DNA from: Octopus vulgaris | Lineage: Eukaryota | DNA length: 64,000 nt | Reading direction: 5' to 3' | NCBI GenBank assembly: GCA_951406725.2 | Contig: OX597817.1 | Coordinates: forward strand, 41,168,001-41,232,000 | Part shown: positions 1 through 12,802 of the stretch, one piece after another | How positions within the stretch are numbered: the first letter of the stretch is position 1 | Layout of the letters: each line of letters starts with the position of its first letter | Translations under genes and position numbers: made by a program | The notes under the pieces: generated by a model | Seen by the model: the letters and a program-made list of their open reading frames with translations, nothing else | Databases searched by the model: none | Told to the model about the DNA's origin: nothing

Positions 1-445
1 CAGCAGCAGCAGCAGTGGCCATTCAAGAATTTGGACCTGGAGATCTCCATTTCCAGTGACTTCGAGGGCTACCTCCCAGTGGTTTCGGGCGTCAACGAAG
101 AGCCCTCGACTACAACAAGATGACCAAAGTTTTTTTTTTTTCCAGGGTCTGGAGTCTCCCGCCCCTAAGCCCTAGACCATCACCTAATTACCCTTACCCG
201 TCTTGTTGCTTAACAACAACAACAACAGCAGCAGCTGTGCAAGAATTTGGACCTGGAGATCTCCATTTCCAGCGACTTCGAGGGCCACTTCCCAGTGGTG
301 TCGGGCGTCAACGAAGAGCCCTCCACTACAAGACGACCAAAGATATTTCTTTTCCAAGGTCTGGGATCATGCGCCCCTAAACCCTAGACCTTCACCTAAT
401 CCCCCTTACCCGTCTTGTTGCTTAACAACAACAACAGCACCACCA
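1..445. repeat. Tandem repeat, two copies of a ~216-bp unit (array may continue left of window)
   Basis: caagaatttggacctggagatctccatttccag at 24 and 240; both units end in cccttacccgtcttgttgcttaacaacaacaacagca. Confidence 0.85.
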
Positions 446-810
446 CCAGTACTTTTCCCTCAAAATTCAAACTTTGGCTCAGTGACACAAACAAGGTTGT
501 AGTCAACAGATTTCCAGTTCTGGTCATTATTTTAGCCCCCACCCAGCCACTTCGCAAACCAAGAAGACACCAGTAGGACTTAACTTACGAATGTAAAGGC
601 CCATCATTAACAAAGATAATGGATTAATTTTGTCCAGCATTCTACCGATTCTGCCATAATAATAAATATAAATTTTCTTTATTTCCCATAAATAGGCACA
701 AAACATTAAAATACAATGGAAGCTAATTCTAATGACTGCACCAATACAACTAGATACAACAAGCGTTAGACAACAATGCAATCAGAATAATGAAATAGAA
801 TACTATTTCA

Positions 811-811
811 T

Positions 812-868
<57 letters not shown>

Positions 869-972
869 GCATATACACATATACATACATATATATACAT
901 ACATATACATACATACATACATACATATATATACATACATACATATATATATATACATACATACACATACAT

Positions 973-1029
<57 letters not shown>

Positions 1030-1259
1030 CATACATACATATATATACATATATATATACATACATGCATACATACATAAACATACCATGCACACACACA
1101 CATACTTACATATTCATACATACACATTTTACAATATATATGTTTGCATATACACACACTCTGTACTATGTGTGTGTGTGTGTGTGTGTGTGTACACACA
1201 CATATACATACACACATATGTACACATAAATGCACACACATATACATAAACACACATAT

Positions 1260-1290
<31 letters not shown>

Positions 1291-1310
1291 TACACGTATA
1301 CAAATATATA
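811..1310. repeat. Compound (TA)n/(TACA)n/(CA)n/(TG)n microsatellite, representative of many in the window (e.g. 1830-2140, 10890-11150, 11950-12430, 13368-13780, 19140-19340, 48720-48960)
   Basis: Direct reading; these tracts generate the [12 protein letters not shown] ORFs. Confidence 0.95.
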
Positions 1311-2247
1311 AAAGAGAATATAACAATGCCATTCACTTATGAAGTGCGGAAGAGCTACAAACCCAGAAACATATAGCACCGTTCTATTCTATTCTACGAG
1401 ATTGATAGTTAAAAGACAAAAAAAAAAAAAACATTTCTTTTTTCTGAGTCAGTCACTATCAGTAGCTAGGTGCTTTTGTTACATGCAACTAAATCAGGTA
1501 ACCAACAGAAGATTGTCTCCCAAAGAGCTACTACAGCAAACACTGAAATGTATCGCTTTTCCCTCCGTTGGTGGCTTCCTTGGCTAAGAGACTGAATAGT
1601 GTTAACAGAGAGAAAATATGAAAAAAAAAAAAAAAAAAGAATTCGCAACAGAGTAATTCCGCATGTAGTTGCCTGGGAAACGTCAACATCAAAAGATGGA
1701 ATAATAAAAAAACAATGCTGTGGTGTTTTGCTGAATTAGGCGAATTTATCAAATATTTAGATAGGATAATCTTTTCGGAAATACTCAAGCACATTTATGA
1801 TAAATTGCAATAGCAAAAGAAGGATTGCATATATATGCGTTTGTATGTGTGAGTGTATATATATATATACACACACACGTACATACATACACATATATAT
1901 CCATGCACAGACACATAATACATATGCATGTACGTGTCTGTATACATCTGTCTACACACACACATATATGTATATATATACACACATATATGTATATATA
2001 TATATATATATATAAACATATATACAGGATACATAATATACATCTATCTATCTAAATTACTATGGCAAAAGAAAGATTATCTGTATGTGTATGTATATAT
2101 GTGTGGGCATGTATGTGTGTGTGTGTACATATATACACACAAACACGCAATACATATGCCTGGTGTAATCCTCTACCTGGTCGGCTCCTGTCAAATCATC
2201 TAACTCATGTCAGCATGGAAGGCAGATGTTAAATGATGATGAGGATG

Positions 2248-2300
<53 letters not shown>

Positions 2301-3347
2301 TATATATATATAGTTTCACACAGGCACTGACAGAACTCAATATGTGTGTGTGTGTATATATATATATGGTGACAGTAAGAAGGATAGAGAGAGACACTTT
2401 TATGCAGTTAACACACTTGCTAGAAACAGCAGCCAAATCTTCCTTACATTAAAAGAAGGATACATAGTATAATGTGGCCTTGGCTGCACACTGCCTAAAA
2501 AACAAAGTGTGTGTGTGTGTGCGCGTGCGTGTGAGTGTGTATGGGGGTGGAGTGGGGTGCAGAAGGATTTTAGCTTGACCACCTACAATAATAGAGCTAC
2601 TCAATCAGGGCAATCTCTCTGGCTACACCACAGCAAAATGCACATGTGTGTGTGTGTGTATGTGAATGTATAGTTTAATAATTATTTGCATTTCCAAAAC
2701 CTCCAAAATCCAAAACTTTAATGTGTTAGAGAAAAACCCTTGTTAATAAGAGACTGAATAATATTAAGTATTTAAAACTACCTTGAATGTATATTAATAA
2801 GCTGTATTTGGGATTACAAATGGAGCTGTGCTCAAGTTGTTTCATTTTATAGATGCAAATATATAACAATTTAAAATCCAAAATAATCCAAGATTCAAAC
2901 GACTCACAAAATTTTTGAGAAAAAGATTATCAATCTGTGTGTGTGTGTGTGCATGCGTGTGTGTCTAATAAAGATGATGGAAAAAAAAATTGTAAAATCA
3001 TCCATGGGATTTGAACACTGTATTAGCAGCAAGGCAGACAGCTGTGCTAACCACTACACCATACATCAAAATGATATCACAACTTTAGCTACTCAAATTA
3101 GAAGACTTTAATAGCTTAAATTAGAGTATCAGGTCAAGTATGGAAGCAGGTGCCTTTGCACCTCATCACTGCATTCACCATTTGCTGGTAATTGCTTGGG
3201 TCATCCTGACCCCCCCCTCTAAGCAATGCCCCAAGTAGTTACCATCTTTGTGAAATATTTCCTCATCTGCTGTGACCATGAGGCATGTGTCTAACCAATA
3301 CATGTCATCTCAGCTGGATCCTCATACAAGAGAACACGGTATGTAGG

Positions 3348-3730
3348 ATCATCATCATCATCGTTTAACGCCCACTTTCCATGCTGGCATGGGTTGGACG
3401 GTTTGACTGAGGACTGGCAGGTCAGGAGGCTGCACCTGGCCCCAATCTGATTTGGCAAGGTTTCTACAGCTGGATGCCCTTCCTAATGCCAACCACTCTA
3501 AGAGTGTGGTGGGTGCTTTTTACATACCACCAGCATGGGTGCTAGTCAGGTGGCACTGACATTGGCCACGCTCGAATGCTTCTTTATGTGCCAATCAGGC
3601 AGCACTGGTATCAGCCATGCTTGAATGGTGCTTTTAACGTGCCATCTGCATGGGTGCCAGTTAGGTGGCACTGGCATCAGCCACACTCAAATGGTGCTTT
3701 TTTTTACATGCCACCAGTACAGGTGCCAAT
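3348..3730 (-). mobile_element. (GAT)n-tailed retroposon (SINE or LINE 3' end), family 1
   Basis: catcatcatcgtttaacg...ttccatgctggcatgggttggacgg...ctacagctggatgcccttcctaatgccaaccactc. Same block at 6500-6800, 9810-9990, 11150-11907, 22890-23300, 24320-24846, 25720-26100, 28665-28850, 30655-31005, 57535-57780 and 60678-60965, in both orientations. Confidence 0.85.
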
Positions 3731-3962
3731 CCAGATTGGAAAATTAACCAAACAGTCTGAGTTGACACTTCTGAATCATTACAAGAAACTGAACACATCC
3801 AGGTTTCTGAGTAATGGCCATTGGTTGGATATAAAATCTGACCAACGGAAGCCCATAATCCTACAAAGCATCCTGGTACTGAAGGAGAAAGAGTAAATAA
3901 TGAATTTTTGCTGAGGCAAAGTGTAGACAGAAATTTTATTTTGGCAATTAGAATTAGAATGA

Positions 3963-4165
3963 AGTGTGGCTTAGTGGTTAAGGTACTCGGCTTAGAATTG
4001 CAAGGTTGTGGGTTCAATTCCCAGCAGAATGTTGTGTCCTTGAGCAAGACACTTTATTTTGCATGCTCCAAACCACTCAGCTGACAAAAATGAGTTGTAC
4101 CTGTAATTCAAAAGATCCAGTCTTGTCACATCCTGTGTCACACTGAATCTCCATGAGAACTTCTC
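3963..4165 (+). mobile_element. tRNA-derived SINE, family 4 (3'-truncated)
   Basis: A-box-like tggcttagtgg and B-box-like gggttcaattccc, then tgtgtccttgagcaagacactt. Related copies at 28890-29060, 30236-30460, 44085-44405 (-), 45185-45480, 60212-60395 and 62617-62720. Confidence 0.8.
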
Positions 4166-4180
4166 GAAAAAAAAAAGCTG

Positions 4181-4214
4181 TATAATGATGATGAGGATGA
4201 TAATAATAATAATG

Positions 4215-4245
<31 letters not shown>

Positions 4246-4340
4246 TAATAATGATAATGATGATAATAATGATAATAATAATGATGATAATAATAATAAT
4301 AATAAAAATAATAATAATAATAATGATAATAATAATGATG

Positions 4341-4389
<49 letters not shown>
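4181..4389. repeat. (TAA)n/(TGA)n microsatellite
   Basis: About 200 bp of taa/tga triplets; similar tracts at 4943-5003 and 10732-10860. Confidence 0.95.
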
Positions 4390-4390
<1 letters not shown>

Positions 4391-4391
<1 letters not shown>

Positions 4392-4942
4392 GCCCTGATA
4401 GAGTACCAGACAGTGACTCTCATGGCTTCTGATCTTAACTGATTGGAAGTGTTATGTACATTGTTTTGTCTTGGTATAAAAGATGAGCTACAACAAATAT
4501 TCTGCTCAATACCACAAATTTGCTTGTCAGTTGTTTGACCATAACCAGTTGAGCATGTCCCTTAGTGGCTGATGATATGTGCATCTCTGATCACAAGCAG
4601 AAGTAGTGGGGGAGCATCATAGCCATGTGTCGAGAGAAATTCTTTGGGGTTTGAATAATTCACCTCTGGAAACATGGATGTTTTGTTCAACATCCTTAAA
4701 CAAACCTTATTCAGGGACCATTTGAGTGGGATGGCCTACTTGACTCAAAGAAAATTCTAACTGGGCCCCACCTGCAAGGTCATGCACTGTTTTTCTTGAT
4801 ATGAGATCACCAAGTTGTGCTCATATGGTTGTGATGCATGAGCCTGGTGTACCCTTATCAGGCACTGTAGTTATGATGGGTATACTGAGCTTTCTATATT
4901 TTACCCCAGTGTCACTTTGATGGCACGCTCTCTCTCTCTCTC
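4391..4942. mobile_element. Probable non-autonomous retroelement inserted in a (TAA)n tract
   Basis: About 550 bp of higher-GC, ORF-less sequence bounded on both sides by (TAA)n; single copy in this window. Confidence 0.45.
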
Positions 4943-4977
<35 letters not shown>

Positions 4978-5690
4978 TGATGATAATAATAATAATAATT
5001 TAATAATTCTTTCTGACTTAGGCACTAAACTAGAAATTTTTGAGTAAGGGAGCTGTTGACAACATTGACCCAAAAACTTAACTGGCATATCAACTCTGCC
5101 TCCAGGAGGATGAAATTTCAATCCAACCATGATAAGATTTGAACTCAGAACATAAAGGCTTGTAACTAAATAATGCCAGGCATTTTGTCTGGATTCAGCC
5201 AATCTCCTGTCTTATTAATAATAACAGAAATGGTGATGAAGATGATGATTAAAGAAAAGTAGACAACACTATTTAGATGTACCTGATAAATACAGGCGAT
5301 AACATTTTTTTTTAGATGTGTGTGTGTGTATATGTGTGTATGTGTGTGTGTGTGTGTATGTGTGAGAGAGAGAGAGAGTGAGTAACACACACACAGAGAC
5401 AGACACACAAATCAGCTGCTAAAGAAAATAAGTCAACTGCATACAAGTTGTTACCATTGACAACTACCACCATCTTCAACCAAGCTATTAAAAATAAGCT
5501 GTCATTTACCCTGGCAATATTATTTTTCTTTCTGTGTTTTGTTTTTCTTTTGTTTCTTTTTTTTATTGTCAAACCAAAAAAGGAAGAGCCTGAAGTATTT
5601 TATTTTATCAAAATAACTTCCTATACTTTATAGCTATTCTGCAGCCTCCTAATGTGTAGTTTATATTTTAACCAATAGACATTTACAAAT

Positions 5691-5746
<56 letters not shown>

Positions 5747-6045
5747 AGGGAGGGAGAGAGAATGTGTGTGTGTGTGTGTGTGCGTGTGTATGTATTTTTG
5801 AGAGAGAGAGAGTGAAAAAGAGAGTGAGAAATTGAGAGAGAGAGTGAGAAATTGAGAGAGAGAGTGAAAAAGAGAGTGAGAAAGAGAGAGAGTGAAAAAG
5901 AGAGAGAGAAAGTGAGTGAGAGAGCATGTGTGTGTGTGAGAGTGAGAGAGTGAGTGAGAGCATGTGTGTGTGTGTGTATGTATGTGTGAGAGAGAGAGAA
6001 ACAAAGTGAGAAAGAGAGAAAGAAAAAAGAGAGGGAGAGAAAGAA
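5691..6045. repeat. (GA)n/(GT)n microsatellite with degenerate gagagtgagaaa units
   Basis: Direct reading. Confidence 0.9.
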
Positions 6046-7208
6046 TCAGCATCAACTCTCATAGTGATTTTCTTATTGATTTTGTGATTTTTATTTTATT
6101 AGTTGGTTTGCAGTTAAAAGAAGAAGAAAAAAAAAAAAAAGAAATGGAAAGCTAATCCAGGCCATCAAATTTTCTATATACACACACACACAGAGGTTGA
6201 TATTTAAACAACTTTTCTATAGTGTGCTTTGGTACTGGGTACCAATGTTTTGTATTCTGCAAGAGGTACAGTTGAATACAGTATCTATGAAATAGTTCAC
6301 AGTGTAAGTGATGAGAGCCAAAGAGGATGCCACTTCTACATGGTCACTAGATCTACTAGAAATAGCATCTAAATGCCGGCATCAAATCATTAAAAAAAAA
6401 GAAGAGTTGGGACATATTGTACAACATAATTCCTGTTACATATATAATTTGGGAAGGTTGGAAAGCCATTGATCAGGGGTCTATTTAGTTAGGGAGGATA
6501 TCATCATCGTTTAACATCCACTTTCCATGCTAGCATGGGTTGGATGATTTGACTGAGGACTGGTGAACCTGATGGCTGCACCAGGCTCCAATCTGATCTG
6601 GCAGAGCTTCTACAGCTGGATGCCCTTCCTAACGCCAACCACTCCAAGAATGTAGTGGGTGCTTTTATGCGCCACTGGCACGAGGGCAAGTCAGGCAGTA
6701 CTGGCAATGACCATGCTCAAATGGTGTTCTTTACGTGCCACCTGCACAGGAGCCAGTCCAGCAGCAACTGGCAACGACCTCGCTCGAATGTTTCTTCACG
6801 TGATGTATGATATGATGAATCTAAATAACACCTGATTTAGCAGCAAGTTGCTGAGAATATTCGAGGTGGTTTAGGAGAAGTAAGGAACTGGTCGAATTTG
6901 GAACTAAATATGAAACTTGTTGCTTATCCACTCACAACATTGGTGGTGTGTTTCCTGTTCACTGAGTTGTAACATGCGATTTTAATCTCCGAAACTGCTT
7001 TAAGATAAACTCAACATTGTAAAATGAATGAATAAATGAATAAATACATAAAAATTATATATTTGCAATAAAAACACACATTCAATATAGAAGCACTCAT
7101 TTTATGTTTTCCGATATGGTGAAAGATTTTGTCAAAGCAATTACTAGCAGCAGGCATAAATTTCCTTCTTCAGATTATTGAATACTGAAGGCAAAGAGGA
7201 ATAGAGAC

Positions 7209-7244
<36 letters not shown>

Positions 7245-7721
7245 GGGGACAGGTGGGGGCAGAATGAGTAATGAAACTAGATATTAGACAAAATATTAAT
7301 ACTAAAGAAAAGCAACCCCCACCCCGCTCATATTATTGCTGTTGTTGTTGTTGCAATAAAAGTGAATGAAAAGTTCAGCAACAGCATTATGCTGCTTGTA
7401 CAAATACAACTTTAATCTTGCATTGAAATATCTATATAATAATTTTCTCGTACGAGAATAATAGCGAAGACTATTGAGCCCCTTTCTACAAAAAAAAATT
7501 TCATATTGAATTTACTTCTGGAAAAAGTAATAAATCTGAACTGCTACAACGAAATTTTTATATAGGACATTATATAAGCACTAATCCCTAACTCACTCTC
7601 TCTTTATATATATATGTGTGTGTATGTGTGTGAGCAAGTATATGTATATATATGTGTGCGTGTATCTGTGTGTTTTTGTATGTGAGTGTGTGTATATATG
7701 TATATATATATATATACACAC

Positions 7722-7760
<39 letters not shown>

Positions 7761-7930
7761 CAAGATTAATCAGCCGAAACTGTAAAGATGATCCTGTTCT
7801 TGACTGAGAATAGAAAGCTTCGAATGTCCCGTCCTTGTTTTTTTGTATCGTCTATCTGGATGTTTTGTTGTCCCTTTTTGTATCACCTAGTTGTCCAGAT
7901 GTTTTGTGTTCTTGTCCCATTTTGTATTTT
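7761..7930 (+). mobile_element. Short insert within (TA)n, possibly a truncated Penelope-like terminal repeat
   Basis: Bounded by (TA)n on both sides; internal degenerate tandem ttttgtatc...gatgttttg...gtccc; gccgaaac near the 5' end. Confidence 0.4.
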
Positions 7931-8087
7931 ATATATATATACATAAAAGCATACCAGTTGAATTAATAAAATTTAGTTTCGGTAACATGGTAATTTTAGT
8001 GTTTGATAAATAATTTATAACATTCCATGATGGAAGTCTGAGAAAAAACTGAAACAAATGCAGAGAATTGGTTTTTATCATACATAC

Positions 8088-8258
8088 CCGAACATAGAGT
8101 GGTGCTCCAATAGCTAAATTGCTGTCTTCATCAAATGAATCAAATGGTAAAGAAGACCGTTTTGGTTCATAATCGCTTCCCTCGGAACTAACATCTGAAT
8201 ACTTGTCAATAAGTGAACCACCTAGTTTCGAGATCTCAACATGGAGTTTTCCAGCAAT
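8088..8258 (-). CDS. KIF13A/B: KIF13A/B-like internal exon (not in supplied ORF track)
   Basis: IAGKLHVEISKLGGSLIDKYSDVSSEGSDYEPKRSSLPFDSFDEDSNLAIGAPLYVR continues 'GE|VAGRLHVEV' of KIF13. Acceptor attttcag, donor gtatgt; 171 nt, phase 0 to 0. Confidence 0.93.
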
Positions 8259-8463
8259 CTGAAAATTTCAAAGTTTGAGTGAGAAAGTTTATTGAAGTCC
8301 CTCATGGTTTTTACAAATATATGTATTAACAGTATCGATCTATAACAAGAAAAATTAAAAAACAAAAGAAAAACTGAATAAAAATAAATAATAATTATTG
8401 CTATTTATTCGTTTAAAGATTAAAATAATTCTTCCATCATCAACATCTGATATCCATTTTCCA

Positions 8464-9076
8464 TGCTGGTTCTCAACCATTTTTTATCAATGGACCCTCT
8501 TTGGTTCATATTTTACTCAGGTGGACTTTCATAACCATTCGATGTTTAAAACATCCTATTATATATTTTAACTATTACTTGTTTCAGTCGGCAGACTGCA
8601 GCCATACTGGGGCACTGCTTTGAGGAATTTTAGTTGAACAAATCAACCCCACTATTTATTCTCTTTTTAAGCCTGGTACTAATTTTATTGGTCTTTTTTA
8701 CCAGATGTCAAGTGGTGGTGGGGGACAAATAAACTCAAAGACACACACAAACACACAGTACGACAGGCTTCTTTTTAGTTTCCTTCCACCAGATCCACTC
8801 ACAAGGCTTTGGTTGGCCCAAGGCAGAAAAAACTTGCCCAAAATGCCATGCATTGGGAGTGCACCTGAAACAAACTTGAGAAGCAAACTTCTTACCACAC
8901 AGCCACCCCTGCACCTATTATAGTTTAATAATTAAGTATTCTTAGGAATTGTATAAAAAATTCTCAAAATATTTTGTGTATTGTAGAGGTGCAACCAAGT
9001 AATTGCACATAAATTTTAACAACAAAACTTTATATGGACCCCCAAGGGTCATATGGGCCCAAGTTGAGAACCACTG
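8464..9076. mobile_element. hAT-like MITE interrupted by a family-3 SINE
   Basis: Inverted termini tggttctcaac (8467-8477) and gttgagaaccactg (9063-9076); SINE at about 8577-8917 inside. Confidence 0.65.
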
Positions 9077-10553
9077 AATTAGACAGTTTGATAGGATCCA
9101 ATAAAATGCAGAACAATGCCAAGCTGCAGTACCAGCTTTGGCATGGTACCTGTGGCTGGATGTCCTTCCCAACACCAACCCCTTTTTGAAGTGTATACTG
9201 GGTGCTTTTTCCAGCATAGAAAATGGATGTTAAACAATGATGATCACACTCACACACACAAATGGAAAAGCATCGTTTGGTCAGTTTGAATATCTAGAAT
9301 TTTAATGATATTCAAAAGGATAGCACCACTGAGATACTTGAAAACACAGGGGAAGGAGATTCGAGTATAAACAGAGATGTATCGGGGACAAGCATCATTG
9401 TATAGTTAATTCTGCCTCACAATCCGAAGGCCATGAATTTGACCCTACTGTACATCACAGTGAACAGATACTATCTATTGGTTTTCCTGGGTTGGACAAA
9501 GCCTTGTAAGTGAAATAGGGCTTGAAGGAAATTATTTGGAAGATTTCTGGGTAGACTGTTTTAATAAAAGAAAGGTCTGGCTGAGTTGCAGTGTTATGCC
9601 GAGTTTGTGTGCATCACAAGAGTGTGAGGAATATTCAGCCATACAGTATATGGGTAATAAAACAACTGAGATCTAATTCTTTATACATCAGTTAGCCATT
9701 CTTGTGGGACTAGAGAACTGCATTCAGAGCAGAAAACTCCCCACACGTATGAAGTGTGATGTAATTTTGAAACCCACCAAGTCTTCAGTCTGTAATAGAT
9801 GTTAGCTAATTGTAATCGTGTTGGTGCCATGTAAAAAGCACCCAGCACACTCTGTAATGTGATTGGTGTTAGGGAGGGTATCCAACTGTAGAAACCATGC
9901 CAAATCAGATTGGAACCTGTTGCAATTCTCCTGCTTTCCAGCTCTGGTCATATTGCCTAACCCATGCCAGCATATAAATGATGATGATGTAATCCTGTTG
10001 AGGTCATAGCAAGCCTCTCTAGTGCTGATACCATGATAAAGTGTACCTAATACCCTATGTAAAGTGTGGAATAGATCCTTCAGTCTTATCGAAGATATGA
10101 CAACATCTTGTGCTGGTACATGATAAAATCCACCCAATGCAGACCATGAAGTACAGAACCAGGAGGACTTTTCGGTCTTGCTGATGACAAGACAACCTCC
10201 TCAGTGCTGGTTCCACATTAAATATATTCAGTACAATCTATAAAATGCTTGGTGTTAGGAATGGCATCCACCTATGGAAACTTAGCCAAAACAAAGTTTC
10301 AAGTGAGATCTGGTCCTCCAACACGTTTAGGATCACACTGAAAACTGAGCATGGAAAACAGATATAGAACGATGATGATGATGTATATCTAAAGATGTGA
10401 GTGAGACTAATTCTATTGAGATGTTTGTAAAAGTGTGTTTTATAGAGGGCACAAATTTAGGAACATGCTGTACATTGTTGTAGGGTTGTGCAATACATAA
10501 GAAATGAAACAAGATAGAGAAATAGAAAGGAAACCAAGAAAAATGAATAATAC

Positions 10554-10697
10554 CTCTCCTTGTTGACTAATAATAGGTACATGATAGTCTAACTTGACAT
10601 CATAGAAAAGGCATTCCAGGAAGACATTTGCAACACCAATCAAGTTGTGGTTTTCTTGGGATTCATAAAATGGATCACCTTTAGGAGCATTTCCGTC
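10554..10697 (-). CDS. KIF13A/B: KIF13A/B-like internal exon (kinesin-3 stalk, DPFYE motif)
   Basis: DGNAPKGDPFYESQENHNLIGVANVFLECLFYDVKLDYHVPIISQQGE, nearly identical to KIF13 'DPFYE.QENH.LIGVANVFLE.LF.DVKL.Y.VPII.Q.GE'. Acceptor ttttgtag, donor gtatta; 144 nt, phase 0 to 0. Confidence 0.96.
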
Positions 10698-10732
10698 CTA
10701 CAAAAGAAATTGGCACATAAATTCACTCATAC

Positions 10733-10771
<39 letters not shown>

Positions 10772-10806
10772 CAATAATGATAATAATGATGATAATAATA
10801 ATAATG

Positions 10807-10838
<32 letters not shown>

Positions 10839-12072
10839 TAATGATAAAAATAATAATAATGATTCATGAAATAACTAGAATAGCACATGTACACACATAT
10901 ATATACGCATATTCTCACATATACATGTCCCTACATATACACATGCTGGTAAACACACATACATATGTGTGTGTGTGTATGTATATATATATGTATGTAA
11001 ATATATTCATCTTATGCAGACATACATGTACATATGTATATACAAATACACATGCATATATACAAATATATACACATACATACACACACATATATACATG
11101 CACACATTCACATATATATATATATACACACACACACATTTATATATGCAAAGATACTCTGCGCACCTCAGCAAAACAGAGTTCCAGAAGCACAGTGTAA
11201 TATCTTTTCTCCACCCACACCAATTACATCAATTCACCCTTCCACCCCATCAACGAACCAAATTACATCTCATGCACTACATTTGTCTCTCCCCACCCTG
11301 CTCTCACAGTCCAATGCAAAGCTGATTTATCACCTCTCTACCCCGTTCCCCCACCTACCAACAAGAACAACACTGCTATCCCCACACCTCTCCCTTGCCT
11401 CCTGCCCCCTCTCCCACTTGCCTTTTGCACTTTTATGAACTCCCTGCACATCCACCCTGCCCAATCCTTTATAAAACTCCACTTACATTCACCTCCTTGT
11501 ACCTTAAGGGTATGCCCTGGCACGTCTTCACTATTTTCTCTCCCTCTCTCCCCAAGTGGGGTAGCCTTGTATCTTCTCTACAGCAATACCCCTATTTCTA
11601 TCTCTATTTAACCTCTCATCACCTGACACAAAGCTACTCCCTCAACCCCACTCCACACTCTCAGTTTAGGTGGGGTGGGGCGGGGTCTTTTCTTGCAAGT
11701 TACACAGTGACTTTGCTGATGCTGCCATGTAAAAAGCATCCAGCATACTTTGTTAAGTGGTTGGTGTTAGGAGGGTATCCAGCCATAGAAACCATGCCAA
11801 AGCTTACAGTAGTGCTTGGTGCATTCATCCATCTTACCGGCTCCTGTCAACCAATCCAACCCATGCCAGCATGGAAGCCAGATGTTAACTGATGATGATC
11901 ATGATGATACACACACCCTGTGTGTGTGTGTATATATATCATCATCATTGTTTAACGTCCGAAGCATACATATATATGCATATACATACATACATACATA
12001 TATACACACACATGTATATACATATATATATATACATACATATGTTCATACGTATACATGCATATACATACA

Positions 12073-12116
<44 letters not shown>

Positions 12117-12802
12117 CACATATATGTGTGTATATATATATACACACATGCATAAACATACATATGCATGTACATATATATATATTATATAGTTGAGGTA
12201 CTTTTCCTTTTAACTCTTTTACTTTATACATACATATATATATATATATTTACATACACACATGCACATGCATACTTAGATGCATGTATACATACATGAA
12301 TATATATACATGTGTGCATACATTTACATCCACACACATTGATATACATACCAATTTATAACAAACACACACACACACATATATACACACCTGCATAGTT
12401 ATGTTAAGTATCCTCATACACATATACACACAGTTACACAAACCAAACTGATATACTTCCATTAAAAGTTGGTTCTATTAATTAAACTCCTTAACATTTG
12501 AATGAAATACAATTACTAATGAATGAATAAAAAAAAACTATACAAAACATATTTTAGTCAATGTTTCAATAATAACAATAATAATAATAATAATAATAAT
12601 ATTTATAATAATAATGATAATATGATAATAATAGACCCTAGAAAATTCTAGTGCAATGCAAAAATTTTCCAAAGTAAACTTTAGTTTTGTATTGCATACA
12701 GGTGAAAGGTCAGATTCAATGGACCTTGCTGTATTCTTTGACAATGTAAATTCAGGACAGTTGAATGAATAGAGATACTATTAGAATGGAGCAGTTCTTC
12801 AG

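Noticed and set aside
58-113. Minus-strand TTGACGC..CCGAAACC resembling a hammerhead in the tandem unit
   Set aside because: Core does not fit YTGAnRA, there is no stem II, and the second copy has GACA instead of GAAA.
732-2452. Long ORFs rich in YI/HT/CV/MY (also at 10841-14453, 18989-19365, 48680-48977)
   Set aside because: Translations of dinucleotide microsatellites, which lack stop codons; not genes.
3963-4030. tRNA-like sequence
   Set aside because: SINE head with A/B-box-like motifs; no complete cloverleaf, and it continues into a multi-copy SINE body.
3992-4442. Poly-Ile/Met ORFs (and poly-Asn at 10647-10841)
   Set aside because: Translations of (TAA)n/(TGA)n repeats.
11395-11892. 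165-aa ORF
   Set aside because: Lies in the pyrimidine-rich body of a family-1 retroposon (related inverted copy at 30655-31005); no protein motif.
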